64,000 bases of DNA, taken from contig NW_026250403.1 of assembly GCF_024521635.1 (NCBI RefSeq), positions 124,001-188,000 on the forward strand, in the 5' to 3' direction. Of the stretch, positions 35,901-48,245 are shown piece by piece. Every line of letters starts with the position of its first letter. Position 1 is the stretch's first letter. The translations under genes were made by a program, and so were the position numbers. The notes under the pieces are model-generated. The model did no database searches, was not told the DNA's origin, and saw only the letters and a program-made list of their open reading frames with translations. Origin of the DNA: Tricharina praecox. Lineage: Eukaryota.

Positions 35901-36137
35901 CAGTCGTTGTGGTGATAATGAATCGCTGGTTTGAAGAAAAAATAAGAAATTTGTGAGGGTCGCACAGCAAGGCTGAACCCCTGTTGTCAGCCTATCTCAA
36001 CACTAATGAAGCCATCTAGTAGTTCCGAGTCTGTGCAGAAAATCCGGGCCTTTCGAGATTCGGACCAAAGTGACTCTTGCTGTTAGGCTTGGACTTGGAC
36101 TGCCTACAAACAGCCGAAACGAGATCAAACACGATAG

Positions 36138-36563
36138 TAGGGGTTCTCAAACCTATCTGGGTGAAAATCTGGCCGAGTGATAAGGTGTTTTACTGGTCCG
36201 GCAAATACCGAATTTTTCAGGATCCGCTAAAATTCTCCAGACGCCACTACTTTTCCGGACCGCGAAAACACCGTCTGGGTGCCGTCTGGGAGACTGCAGG
36301 AGCTCTAGCTCGCCTTTAGCTCACCATAATAGGTGTAGGTAACGGGCGGTTTCCGGGATCAAGGACTGAGACTGCAGAAATTTTCTCTCGGCGCCGGTCT
36401 GGCCAGTTCGTATCGAGGAAAGTGGCCCGATACGCTTCTATCCAGAACAGCACCTGGCACGGGGTCCTCAAACCTACATCGCAAGTCTGGCTATTCTGAT
36501 TGGCTAATGTTTCCAAACCAGATTCCGGCTAGATTTTCACCTAGATAGGTTTGAGGACCCCTA
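36138..36563. mobile_element. Non-autonomous TIR element (MITE), 426 bp, hAT-like termini
   Basis: 38-bp inverted repeats: TAGGGGTTCTCAAACCTATCTGGGTGAAAATCTGGCCG (36138-36175) vs reverse complement of 36526-36563, 35/38 identical; no clear TSD. Confidence 0.78.
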
Positions 36564-37431
36564 GTTTCCCGGACTTTCACCACTAACAAACACAAGGATC
36601 CACAGACGATGGCAGTAGTATATTCATACAGCCTATCGGAAGCCCAGGAGCCGTTCATATGGGTGAGGTGGGGAGCAGTCAGCCTGTCGGATCCGGGAAA
36701 CGTTTTTCGTGCTATTGTTCCAAGAGTGTTGATACGCTTCCTCGTAAGGGAACAGGCCAGAGGCGTTTTTGAGCAGGGCATTCCTGAAGTGCCTTGGTCC
36801 TGGAGGCCCAGCATGATTAGGTGCTAGAGGGAGAATTCAAGGCCATCCAGTCAAGAATATGAATCGACAAATCCAGGATTCAATCATATTCTTCACGGAT
36901 GTTTCGCCCAAATATCAAACGACGGTTCGATTCGTTGACGAAATTTCCAGGGAAGTGCAATTTCCGCGGTGTCCTCTCCCGAGAGCTGTGGAAAAGAGAG
37001 CTTGCAAGAGTGTCAGTAGCTGCTCGGCTCGCGAGAAAATCGATTGAAGTATACCCAACGTCCTCTCTTCATCGTCTCCATCTTGTTCAGCCGAATGCCT
37101 CCTCGTCTTCGAATGACGGTGGTGGCCAAAGAATGTATCTAGAAGATGATGTAAGGGAGAGTGGTGTATGTAGTGTACCTTGTACATGTCGAGGAGAGCT
37201 CCTTTTCCTCTGCTTCCCCGCACATGCACGATGACCCCCAGCATAGCAGGGATGACCCGCTAAGCTAGAGCAACTAAGGTCGCCGAGCAAACCACCGCAA
37301 CCAGCCGTGAACAGCTCATCCAGCCAGCTCCTCTCTGTGGACTCTTCGACTTCCACTACTTGTACTCGCTCCATACCATCACCGCTCCCATCACACAGCT
37401 TCATCATCAACCAAAACCAAGCCTACGCTCA

Positions 37432-38167
37432 ATGTCCGGCCCAGCCCCCATCGACACCACCACCGCCACCGATACCAACCCGGGCGTCGACCTCTCCCCC
37501 ATCGGTCCGACCAAGGACCGCAAGAACTCGCTGGAACATGGTATCTCCCCGCCGTCACTGTCCATCCCCGCGCCATCCCTCAATCTTAGCTAACAGAGCA
37601 AACAACAAACCAGCCCTCCAATTCCGCCCGGAAGAGAAAGACCTCGTAGACCGCAACATCCTGCACCATGGAGCACCAGCGATCCAGCGTCAGCAGGCTG
37701 GTACCCCATCCCGCCGTCCCCCCACTCGCTCTCGGCCACTGATCTAGCTACCTACTCGCGTAGAGCTCGAGAAAGCTATGGCCCAGGACGCCCTGAAGAA
37801 ACACCTTTCGAAGCGGCCGACGAAGGAGGAGCTGTTGCAGAGTGAGCTCCCCCCGCCCCGCCCCCATCCCATGTTCCCCCATGTTCCCCCCCACCTTCCC
37901 CTCGATATTGACGAGATATAACTACAGGGGGAGTCCTTCCCGAGAATCACAACGTCGCCCCGGCCCTCATCGCTGCGCAGCGGGATCTCGAGAAGAGTAT
38001 GCTCGAAGACACACTCAAGGAGAAGCTTGCACACCGCCCCAAGCCGGAGGAGGTTGTTGAGAAGGGGATTCTTTCTCGTGAGTACCAACCCTACCTACAA
38101 TATGGAAGAGAGATGTGGGGCTGATTATGGGGGGACTTTAGCGGAGGAGGATCCTACCAAGGTGTAA
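37432..38167 (+). CDS. RPEL-repeat protein (4 introns)
   Basis: Spliced product has three RPEL-type repeats: LQFRPEEKDLVDRNIL, LSKRPTKEELLQRGVL, LAHRPKPEEVVEKGIL. Confidence 0.9.
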
Positions 38168-38469
38168 GGGAGCGAGGGAAGATTGGGGAAGACTCTTGTA
38201 TTGGTTGATACCTTTCGCTTTGCTTTGCTTTGCTTTCGATTGAACGGCTGGCAGGAAATTGTCAAGTCTTGAGTATGCATTACATTACAATTCAAATTGC
38301 AATTCACACTGCCATCAGCACATAACGTCACATTACAATTCACGATCCCATAACAGCACTGAACGTAAAACGCAAATTGATATTTTTAATCGTCATCGTG
38401 ATTCCTTAAGCCCACCCTCAAATCGTCACAAACCCCCCATCTGTTTTGTTTGCAATCCAGCCCACCCAT

Positions 38470-38788
38470 CTACTGCGCCTCGAACTCGAACTTCTGGCGG
38501 CACATGGGGCACAGTCCTCTAGACGCCTCAGTCTGGATCCAGTCGTTCACACAGTGCTTTGTTTCCCCTCATCAGCCTCACCCGCCACACATAGGTATCC
38601 TAGAGATTACTTACCAGATGAAACGAATGTCCGCACTTGCCATTGAGCAACGGACATTCATCGCCCGGAAAGCGACAGTTGGGACAGGTACCGTCAAACT
38701 GCACGCGGCAGATGCCGCACACGTCGTCCTCCGGGACGTCCCAGCGCCACACGGCAGTTGCGGTGTATGAGGTGATGCGGACTTTCAT
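38470..38788 (-). CDS. APC11: Anaphase-promoting complex subunit 11, copy 2, 86 aa
   Basis: Exons 38788-38615 and 38556-38470; 58-nt intron GTAAGT..GCTGAT..AAG; full RING-H2 intact. Confidence 0.93.
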
Positions 38789-39292
38789 CTTGCTTGTGGG
38801 TGTTTGTGGTCGTGGGTCGTACTAGTCGTGGGTCGTGGGTCGTGGGGGTCGTCGTATAGTCGTGGTTGGTCGTGGTAGGGAGGAAAGGCGGGGAGGAGGC
38901 GGGGAGGCGGGCGGTAAAGGTTAGGGCGGGCTTGTTGTGGTGGCGGGCGGCGTGGGGTGTCGTGACGTGGTGGTGGCGACGTGCTGAGAGGTGTCACTCG
39001 GTCTGTCGTCAGTGCATATGATGTACTTACCTTATGCATTACATTACAATTCACAGTCCCATCATCGGCGCATAACGGCTTGCAGGAGAATGTCAAGTCT
39101 TGAGTATGCATTACATTACAATTCATACGGTCCCCTCATTAGTAGCACATAACGTAACATTACAATTCACAGTCACCATAATCATCACTGAGCGTAAAAG
39201 GCAAATTGGTATTCTTCAGTCATCGTGATTCCTTGAGCCACCCTCAAATCATCCCAAATCCCGCCCATCCGTTTGCAATCCAATCTCCCCAT

Positions 39293-39617
39293 TTACTGCG
39301 CCTCGAACTCGAACTTCTGGCGGCACATGGGGCACAATCCCCTAGAGGCCTCAGTCTGAATCCAGTCGTTGACACAATGCTGTTCCGCTCATCAGCCTCT
39401 CCCGCCACACACACACCCAAATCCTAGACGACGAGAGACATACCAAGTGAAACGAGTGACCACACTTGCCATTGAGCAACGGACATTCATCGCCGGGGAA
39501 GCGACAGTTCGGACAGGTACCGTCAAACTGCACGCGGCAGATGCCGCACACGTCGTCCTCCGGGACGTCCCAGCGCCACACGGCAGTCGCGGTGTATGAG
39601 GTGATGCGGACTTTCAT
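39293..39617 (-). CDS. APC11: Anaphase-promoting complex subunit 11, copy 3, 86 aa
   Basis: Exons 39617-39444 and 39379-39293; 64-nt intron GTATGT..GCTGAT..CAG; protein identical to copy 2. Confidence 0.95.
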
Positions 39618-40146
39618 CTTGCTTGTGGGTGTTTGTGGTCGTGGGTCGTACTAGTCGTGGGTCGTGGGTCGTGGTTGGTCGTGCTAGTCGTCGTGTTGGT
39701 CGTGTTGGGTCGTGGTTGGTCGTGTTGGTCGTGTTGGTCGTGGCGGGGAGGAGGCGGGGAAGAGGCGGGGAGGCGGGGAGGCGGGGAGGGTAGGGCGGGA
39801 AGGGCGGGGCTGGCGGGAAAGGTTAGGACGCGTTGTGGTGGCGGGCGGCGTGGGGTGACGCGACGTGACGTGATGGTGGGCTGGAGGTATCACTCGGTCA
39901 AGCTCTCACACGTGACACATTCTGCACTTGGACAACAGCTCCACAGAACCACGATAGAGAGACAGTGAGAACAAGAATGGATAATCCTCCATGCCCGCAA
40001 CCCGATGCCCCAACTAAATAACTTCAACTTCTGGTATGATGGATGCCTGCCTGAAAACTGCACAAAAAACAAACGGCTGAAAGCAAAGTAAAACACGGCA
40101 AAAATAAAAATATAAAGTAGACCGAAATCTGTCCCCCAAAAAGGTG

Positions 40147-41657
40147 TTAAAACACGGTAAGACACGAAATACTCTTATTCTTCAATACTTCGAATATGAA
40201 ACCCGGAAATCCGTAAAGTTCTATTCAGAATCGTTAGTTTCGTATGGGAGAAGAGGGCGGGAGGGGGGGAGGGGAGATGCATTCACCAGTATTGCCATAT
40301 GTCGTCTCGTTCGTTCCCGGGGGGACCTTCGCACCCGTCGCCGTATCGCCATCTTCCCAGCCGCCCAACAGTTCACAGCTACTACTCGGCGAATCGCTTC
40401 CACGATTCAACGGCATCGGCTTCTGAGCGCCACCGAAGCGTCCATGGAGCTGTACTAGGACATCGTCGAAGGACTGCTCGCTATCGACGTGCAGATCCAT
40501 TGTGGATTTCGGCGGTGATAGCGGAGAAAGCTCTACTGCCCATCTGCATCGCCGGTATCGCTGGAACTCGTAGCTCCCCGGAACGTTGCCGTGGATTATT
40601 ACCTTGGTGGCTACGGGGTTGCTGGACGAGCGCACGCTAGAGATGAAGATGTCGATGCCGTGCACGAAGTAGTTGTAGAAACAGTCGCCGTTGGAAGTAG
40701 AGGAGAGGTCCGAGAGATCAGAGTCGTCGTCGTCGGACGGTGTGTCCTCCTCTGTCGAGTCGATATCATCATGGCGGGTACGGTGGATCGAGAGACGGTG
40801 ATCGCTCTTGCGGTATATCACATCCGGCGGGCCCAACTCCGACACCAGATCCTGCGGCGTGGTAGAGTGCAACGTGATCCAAAACGGCGGGTTGTGGCGC
40901 CGTATTATCTCGATGGCGTTGCCATCATGGATCCGAATGAACTCGACTTCGTCGTTCGCGGAGGACAGACGCGCGTTCGAGCCGTTGATGCTGGGGGTAC
41001 GTGGGTTCTGGACGGGGCGCGTGAACAGGTCGTCTCGCACGTCTGCCCACGACGGACCCGCGAATATCGCCATGCTCGTGGCGGGCTGCGCGTTGGTCGA
41101 CGAGAGTAGCGAGACGAAATCGACGTCTTCTTTCCAGGCTATACGGTCTATTGGGAAGGAAAACGCCACCCCGGGGTACGATAGCACGTAGAGGCCCTGC
41201 GATTCAACGTATTCCCCTGGATATGTGGGGCCGAAGGATTTATTATAGATGCCCTTGAACGTCGGGCCGCCTCCAGCGCCAGGCTTCACGATCTCGCGGT
41301 TGTTGTACGTCAACCCGCATTTCTGAAAGTCCAGGACTTCGATCAACCGCAGCCGCTGGTCGGCGCCATCGAAGCGCAGGCGGATCCCGTTATTCTCAAG
41401 GAGTATTACGACCGGCGAGGACAGCGGGGATATGGGATCGTAGATGGTCGAAATCGACGTGAACGCTTTCTCATAACTTCGGAGACGCGCAAGAACGTAG
41501 TGGAGAGAGGACCCGAGAGCTTGCGCGGTCAGCGAGAGCTACCACCACTACTACCGCCGCCACCACCACCACTGACAACGGGCCTGCTGAGAATACCGAT
41601 GAATCCCAGGGCTTTCCCGGGCACGACTGCAGCGGCGATGCCGGCTGTGGTGGCCAT
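40147..41657 (-). CDS. UPF0183 family protein (PHAF1/C16orf70-like)
   Basis: NGIRLRFDGADQRLRLIEVLDF, FGPTYPGEY, LSYPGVAFSF, TPQDLVSELGPP, FYNYFVHGIDI, HGNVPGSYEF..Y.RCRW, LYGFPGFIFEV; two introns. Confidence 0.9.
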
Positions 41658-42781
41658 ATTGTTTACTTCGAAATGTCTTTGGTGGGATGGAGCTAACGGT
41701 GGAGCTGTGGTGGGTATGCGGTTGCGGCGGGTTGCTGAATGTGGTTGTGAATGCGAATGTGATCTCCAGACGCAGCTGTGATCGGAGCTACCTATGAGCT
41801 CTTCTTTTCGCTAGTCATGATGTCCCTGGCCCTTCTTATCAACCGGCATCTCCTCCCTACCCCTCGCAGTAATCATGCTCATAGATACCCAGCCTTCAGA
41901 TAACCTCATCACGAGAAGAATGTAATAATTCGGCGTCATGTGAGGCTGCTTGCTTCTTCCTCCGCCGTTCGTTCCGGATGCGAGTGAGGCAGCGGCCAAA
42001 TGCGGATTTCTGTGAGGATTTCGGACCTCTCTAGTCCCGCTCTCACCCGTCCGATTCCATGCTGCTTCCGGAGAGAAAACAGAGTGATGAAGGCAGACGA
42101 TCGCCGAAGACCATCGTCCGCCTCATCATCATCATCATCACAAGCTACCGGTATGGCCAAGCTGGAGGAGACGTACTCTATAGTACTCATTCGCCGCTTG
42201 GATTGCGCAGCAAGTCGACAGGCATCTCAACAACCACTCAACAAATCACCCCGAGATTCCCACATGAAGCCGATGCCATTTTATTCACAGAATGGCTCTT
42301 CAAGAGTCTTGCTTGTAGAATTGCGAGAATGAATACCGGTAGTGATGACCACAATAGCCAACCCTAACCTCGTGATCGCTGTCGGATTCGGCCTCTGAGT
42401 CTACACAGGCTGCTCTAACCAGCTTCTGCCTACACATCACATCACACCCACCCCCAAACAACCCATACCTTACCTTACCTTACGCACCACATACTGTACA
42501 TTCCAACTTGCTACCCGCTCACTCAGCCCACTCAACCAACCCACCACCACTACTACCACTATCTACCACCACCACCACCACCACCATAGAAACAGTCGCC
42601 GCCTCCCTCCGACCGTGAATTTCTTCCCAAGAGAGACAGCCTTAACCCACTCCTCACACTACTGCTTTCAAACGTCCCACGAAGTTCATTTCTCGTCGCC
42701 TCCTTCCATCGCTCCCAACCTCCCTCCCTCAACAAACAGCAACCCCGGGACGATCGACCACATTCACCTTCATACCAAACG

Positions 42782-43859
42782 ATGTCTCATCCTCGTGCTT
42801 CGACGCAGTCGCAACGCTTCGCCCAGTTCAAGCTGGTGCTTCTCGGTATATACCAATAAAAAATACTTCACACGCGTCCTCTCTGTCGGCGCCAGTGTCA
42901 TCGCTTTCGTTCTCTAGCTAACAGGTTTCGCGTCTTTTGCTAGGTGAATCTGCTGTCGGAAAGGTTCATTTCCTTCCCTGTTCCGCAACGAAAGTGGGTT
43001 GGATAAGCAACAGATCAACTAACTAAAGTGTGGATACCTTAGAGCTCTCTGGTGCTTCGGTTCGTCAAGGTATTATCCCGCTGAGGCCGCTCGACGCTAT
43101 CGACGGTGGTACTGATTGTGGCTGCGATTATAGGACCAATTCGACGACTACCGGGAAAGTACTATCGGCGCAGCCTTCCTCACCCAGACTATCGCTCTCG
43201 ATGAGACCACTACTGTCAAGTTTGAGATCTGGTACGGCCACACCGACTCTACCCCTCGGCCATCATCTTCCTCCTCTCCTCGTCCCCCCGCTATACACAG
43301 TATGCTGATGTTGCGAACAATGAAGGGATACTGCTGGTCAGGAACGCTACAAGTCGCTGGCGCCCATGTATTACCGTAACGCCAACTGTGCTGTTGTGGT
43401 TTACGACATTACACAAGCCGTATTTACCCCTTCTGCTCTTCCCCCTCCCCCTCCCCTTCATCCTCTTGGCGTGGCCTTCCAGAGCGAGGCATACTGAGCA
43501 TAATGGTACTTTAGGCGTCACTGGATAAGGCAAAGGCATGGGTCAAAGAACTGCAACGCCAAGCGAACGAGAACATCGTCATTGCTCTGGCTGGAAACAA
43601 GCTGGATCTCGCCACGGGTCCTGGTTCGAAGCGTGCAGTAGAGACTGCCGAGGCGGAGGCATATGCGAGGGAGGCCGGCCTTTTGTTCTTCGAGACCTCC
43701 GCGAAGACTGCCGAGAACGTCAAGACGCTGTTCACGGCAATCGCCAAGAAGCTCCCGCTCGACCAGCAAGGACCGAGGGGTGCGAGACCAGGCGTTGGCG
43801 GACGAGGTGTCGACCTGAAGGGAGGCGTGGCTGCTCAGCAGCAGGGCTGCAACTGCTAG
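42782..43859 (+). CDS. YPT52: Rab5-family GTPase (Ypt52/RabB-like), 5 introns
   Basis: [62 protein letters not shown]-terminal CNC prenylation motif. Confidence 0.93.
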
Positions 43860-44646
43860 ACGTTTTGTTTTTCTTCGCAAGGGACTGAATGTACGGTAGT
43901 TGGGGATGGGGGATAGGACGGGGGATTTTGCCGTTTACATGCTACATTTCTTTCCGTTTGGCTAGGTCGAGGGGATAGCTCTGGTTGTCATCGAAGAAGA
44001 ATTCGGGGAGTACTGGCATACGGGTGTCCTGCACAGGACGGTATTAGGTGGGTTTCGGCGTCTTTACCTATCCTAACGTTGGAACTGGTGTGATGTGGTG
44101 GCATCTGCTTGCCCGGGAATTCTTCTACTTCACAGCTTGGGCCAGATATCATAATTGGTTCTCGGGACCCCTCCCCCGATCGAAGGATTTTTGTTTTTGT
44201 TTTGTTTCGCGATGCTTCGTCTTTCATGGTGTTTTTCCTTTCTTGTTTTTTTTTCTTTTGATGCTTGATGCTTGTTGTCGAAACGTCACCTTTCTTTTCT
44301 TTTTCCAGATCATATCCTCTTCTTCTTCTTCTACTTCAGTTCTCTTTCATTCTGGGCTGCTCATACGTGTAAATGATCGTCGAGGTATTAAATTACGTTA
44401 GAGAATCCATTGGTTTGCAGGTTGTGGAGAAATGAAAAGCTGGACTGGTGATTTTGAGTTTGTGGTGTTGAGCTCTATTTCTTAAATTTGGTGCTGCGGG
44501 TATCTGCTCTGCCAAGGCGCTCGTTTTCTTCGCAACTTTCGGACCGAGCATCATCATCATCGCATTCTAGTTCCGTCAGTCGTTATCGCCTAGAAATCTA
44601 CCACCACTACAACCACCTCTTTCACCACCACAACCCAACCGCGGCA

Positions 44647-46906
44647 ATGCTGCGTCTCCCATCTTCATCCGTTAGGGCAATCGCCCGGGCGGCGGCACCG
44701 CGAGTCCACCTCGCCCAACAGCAAAGAGTATGTTCCGAAGTCTCCCGGCGTGGTCGTGTGTCCTGTCCTATTTGTGTCTGGCATGAATTGAGGATGTTTA
44801 CTGTGCAGTAGCGAGCCCTGGCAAATACCAAGATCCCGTATCCGCCGCAGTCGGTGAAAGCTACCATCAAAGACTCGAAGCCGCCGGTGCTCCCCGGGGG
44901 AGCGAGCAATGCGGCGCCCCCTGCCCCCGCGCCGGCAAAGGCTGCGTCCGCTGCTTCTCCGCCGTTGAAGACTCCCACGCCGCTATCTCCCGCGTCGTCC
45001 GTGGGCACCTCCCCCACACAGGTCCCGCTCACCCCCCCGTCGCCGCCTAAAATACAGACTTCTCCTCCGCAGAGCAGTGCTTCTGCTTCCCCGAAGGTCG
45101 CCCCGAGGGTCCCCACACCACCACCAACTCCACCACCACCACCCCCGCCGGCGTCAACTCCTCCTCCCGCCGCTGTTCATCCCGTCGCTGCCCAGCCCAT
45201 CGCTGCCGAGCCCGTCGTTGCTAAGCCCGGCAAGAAAACCCACAAGTTCAGAAATTTCCTGGTGGGGCTGACGCTGCTCACGGGAGGATCGTTTGCGGCC
45301 GGCGTGTTCTACTCGCTGAAGTCCGACAACGTGCATGATTTCTTCACGGAGTATGTTCCTCTCGGCGAGGAGGCGGTGCTGTACTTTGAGGAGCGCGAGT
45401 TCCGCCGGAGGTTCCCCAACGCGCTCTCCAGGATCCAGCGCAAGGTCGACTCGCCCAAGGTCACGATACCGAAGTCTTCCGGTGCTTCGTGGAAGGTCGT
45501 CGATAGGGATAGTGAGGGCCCCAGGACTGTGGATGTCGGAAAACCCGGTCCTCATCTGTCCAGTCATAGGCCTATCGTCGAGGAGACTAAGTCGATTCCG
45601 GCTGACGGTGCGAGAGCCGAGGCTAAGACTGTCGATGTGAAGTCTGCTCCGCAGAAGGGAAGTGATGTTAAAAAGGTGGAGGCGGTCACGGGTTCCACTG
45701 CTGCACCCAAGAAGGCGGCTGTTGCCCTCGCTTCTGTGGAATTGTCGAACGCCAGTGACCCTGTGGTCCAGGATTTGGTTAAGGTTGTCAACAATCTCAT
45801 CGAGACTGTCAACAAGACTGAGTCTGGTGAGACTTTTGGCGCTGTGATTGATGCCGCCAAGGCGGAACTCAAGAAGGTCAACGACCAGGTTGGTGCGTTG
45901 AAGGTGGGCATGGAGAAGGCGGTCGAGGACAGCAACAACCAGAAGGACCTGGAGTTTGCGAAGGCTGCCCAGGGCCTGTTGAAAAACGTCAACAACCAAG
46001 TCGAGGACCTTGAGCACCAGCTCCGGGACGATTTCGAGGCCGAGCGCGAGAGAATCGCCATGTCCTACCAGAGAAAGCTGCAGACCGAGCTCGAGCGCTC
46101 CCGCGAGCTCTCCGAGCAGCGTCTCCGCAACGAACTCCTGGAGCAGGCCATCGAGATGAAGCGATCTTGGATCAGCGAGATCGAGTCGCGTGTCGAGAAG
46201 GAGCGCGGCGGAAGACTCGGAAAGCTGAAGGAGCTCGAGGCTGCCGTTGCCGCGTTGGAGCAGCTCACCTCCCGCTGGAATGATGTCATCGACACCAACC
46301 TGAAGACGCAGCGAACCTTCACCGCCCTCGAGGCTGTCAAGGCTTCCTACGAGTCTCCCGACCAGCCTAAGCCGTTCCTCCGTGAAATGGCGGCACTGAA
46401 GGAGGTCGCCGAGGGCAACGATGTCGTGACCGCCGCTATCGACTCCATCAATCCCGCCGCTTACCAGAACGGCGTGGTGACACACACCCAGCTAGTCGAC
46501 AAATTCCGCAAGCTTTCCGGCGAGGTGCGACGGGCCGCGCTCCTCCCCGAGGACGCCGGTATCGCGGCTCACGCTGGCAACTGGGTGTTGAGCAAACTTA
46601 TGTTCAAGAAGTCTGGCCTCGCGCAGGGCAACGATGTCGAGAGCATCCTGGCAAAGACCGAGACGTACCTCGAGGAGGGTGATGTGGACAGCGCCGCCCG
46701 CGAGATGAACCAGCTCTCGGGCTGGGCTAGAACTCTGGCCAGCGATTGGCTGAGGGAGGCGAGGCTGTTGCTGGAGGTTAAGCAGGCTGTTGATGTATGC
46801 CCTCCCCCCCCCTTTTCTCATCCATACCATACAATTACTAACAACCAACTAGATCATCGCCGCCGAGGCTCGCATACAAAGCATGCGGGTACAGTCGGAA
46901 CAGTAA
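44647..46906 (+). CDS. MIC60: MICOS complex subunit Mic60 (mitofilin)
   Basis: Mitochondrial presequence, TM segment followed by YSLKSDNVHDFFTEYVPLGE, coiled coil, mitofilin domain GNDVESILAKTE..AAREMNQLSGW..LASDWL..EAR; introns near 44728-44810 and 46795-46852. Confidence 0.95.
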
Positions 46907-48245
46907 ATGTTCAAGCTTCGGGGCTTCGGGTCGGTTTCTTTTTTTTTTGTCCGCGCGATAGATTTTTACTTATGAAGGGGGGATCGGGGAGAGGAAGTAG
47001 CAAGCAATAAAAGCAACACTGTTTCCTTTTGTCTTTTGCAAATATCTTGTCTTGTCTTTTAGTTTGAGGGCTGGCGTTTTGCTAGCTTGTACGTATGAAG
47101 TGGGTGGAGGAGGGATTGGAGGGACGGAGCGAAGGAGACGGCGGATGGACGAGTGTAGAATACCTGAGGTCGTCTACAAATTTGAGAGCGAGTGATGGCC
47201 CGTGAGTGACCGCTGCGGGGCCCTGATTCATACAGGACAGGCCATACATAGAATTCACGATCGAATGCTTGAGGTAATGTATTCGGACCATCTTGGTTGT
47301 GGTATTCTTCGTGCAGGATAGGGCTTGTGCGTATCTCTTCGAGTTCTCTCGCTCGGAAAGAAGCGTAAATACAGCAGAATTGGAGGACAAGGATCATCCA
47401 AATCATGTTTCCCGTATTCCCCAGAGCCAATCGAGAAGCAACTGGACAATGGAGCCTAGGCATCCCACCATGCCGCCATTCCGTCCAAAAAAACGTTCCA
47501 TGCAATGCAGATGGCCATTGGTCATTGGTCACTGATCACTACTGCCTGCCCTACTACCTACCGACTCCCCTCTACATTAGCTACGACCATTCCCCAAAAG
47601 GCGGACCGGTCACCGGCGAGATCCCGGATACGGACTGCACGTCCCAGTCCCGTCCCGTCGCACAGGAGCTATAGGTCGGTACCCAGACCGGATGCTTTAG
47701 GTTTGTCGTTCGTTACCCCGCGCGCCTGAGTCTGAGTCTGAGTCTGAGTCTGAGTTTGAGCCAGAGTCTGGGGCTGGGGCTGGGATGATGAGATGCGCCG
47801 ATAGCTGAGACGTGGGGAGGAGCGGCTCGTCCCACTACCTGCTATAGGTACTCGTTATCTTCAACTGCGAACTGCGAACTGCAACTGCGACTCTGCGACT
47901 CTGCGATTCTGCGATTTTGCGAGTCCCACTACATACTCGTTATCTCCAACTGCTACTGCAACGTTTTTAGACTGTAACTACTCTTTCTATCTAACTGCGA
48001 CGGGAATATACACAGAGCCGAGTGACGATATAACTACAGGTGGGTTTCGTTCCGTTCCGTGTAATGGATGAGGATCGAGCTGACCCCACGCGAAGGATAC
48101 CTAGCGACTTAAGGAATAGACATACCCACCATCCCTCCGCTCCGACGTGACTAGTTACCGGGAGAAACATCTCGTATGTAACTATTCCCGGCTCCAAAAA
48201 ATTGCTGGCTAGTTATCGTGGGGTTCTCACTGCGCACCCAGAGCC

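Larger units (their letters stand above)
38250..39930 (-). repeat. Tandem duplication of a ~830-bp APC11 gene unit
   Basis: Start codons 829 bp apart; upstream motif (GACCGAGTGAYACCTC), leader repeats, CDS and 3' flank all duplicated. Confidence 0.92.

Noticed and set aside
38282-39169. Short repeats with variable spacers resembling a CRISPR array
   Set aside because: Eukaryotic context, 13-bp repeats, irregular spacing, spacers related to one another by duplication, and no cas genes.
47728-47925. (GAGTCT)n and CTGCGA-type short repeats upstream of the RdRP, and (CA)n at ~54252-54300
   Set aside because: Ordinary microsatellites of a kind common throughout this window.
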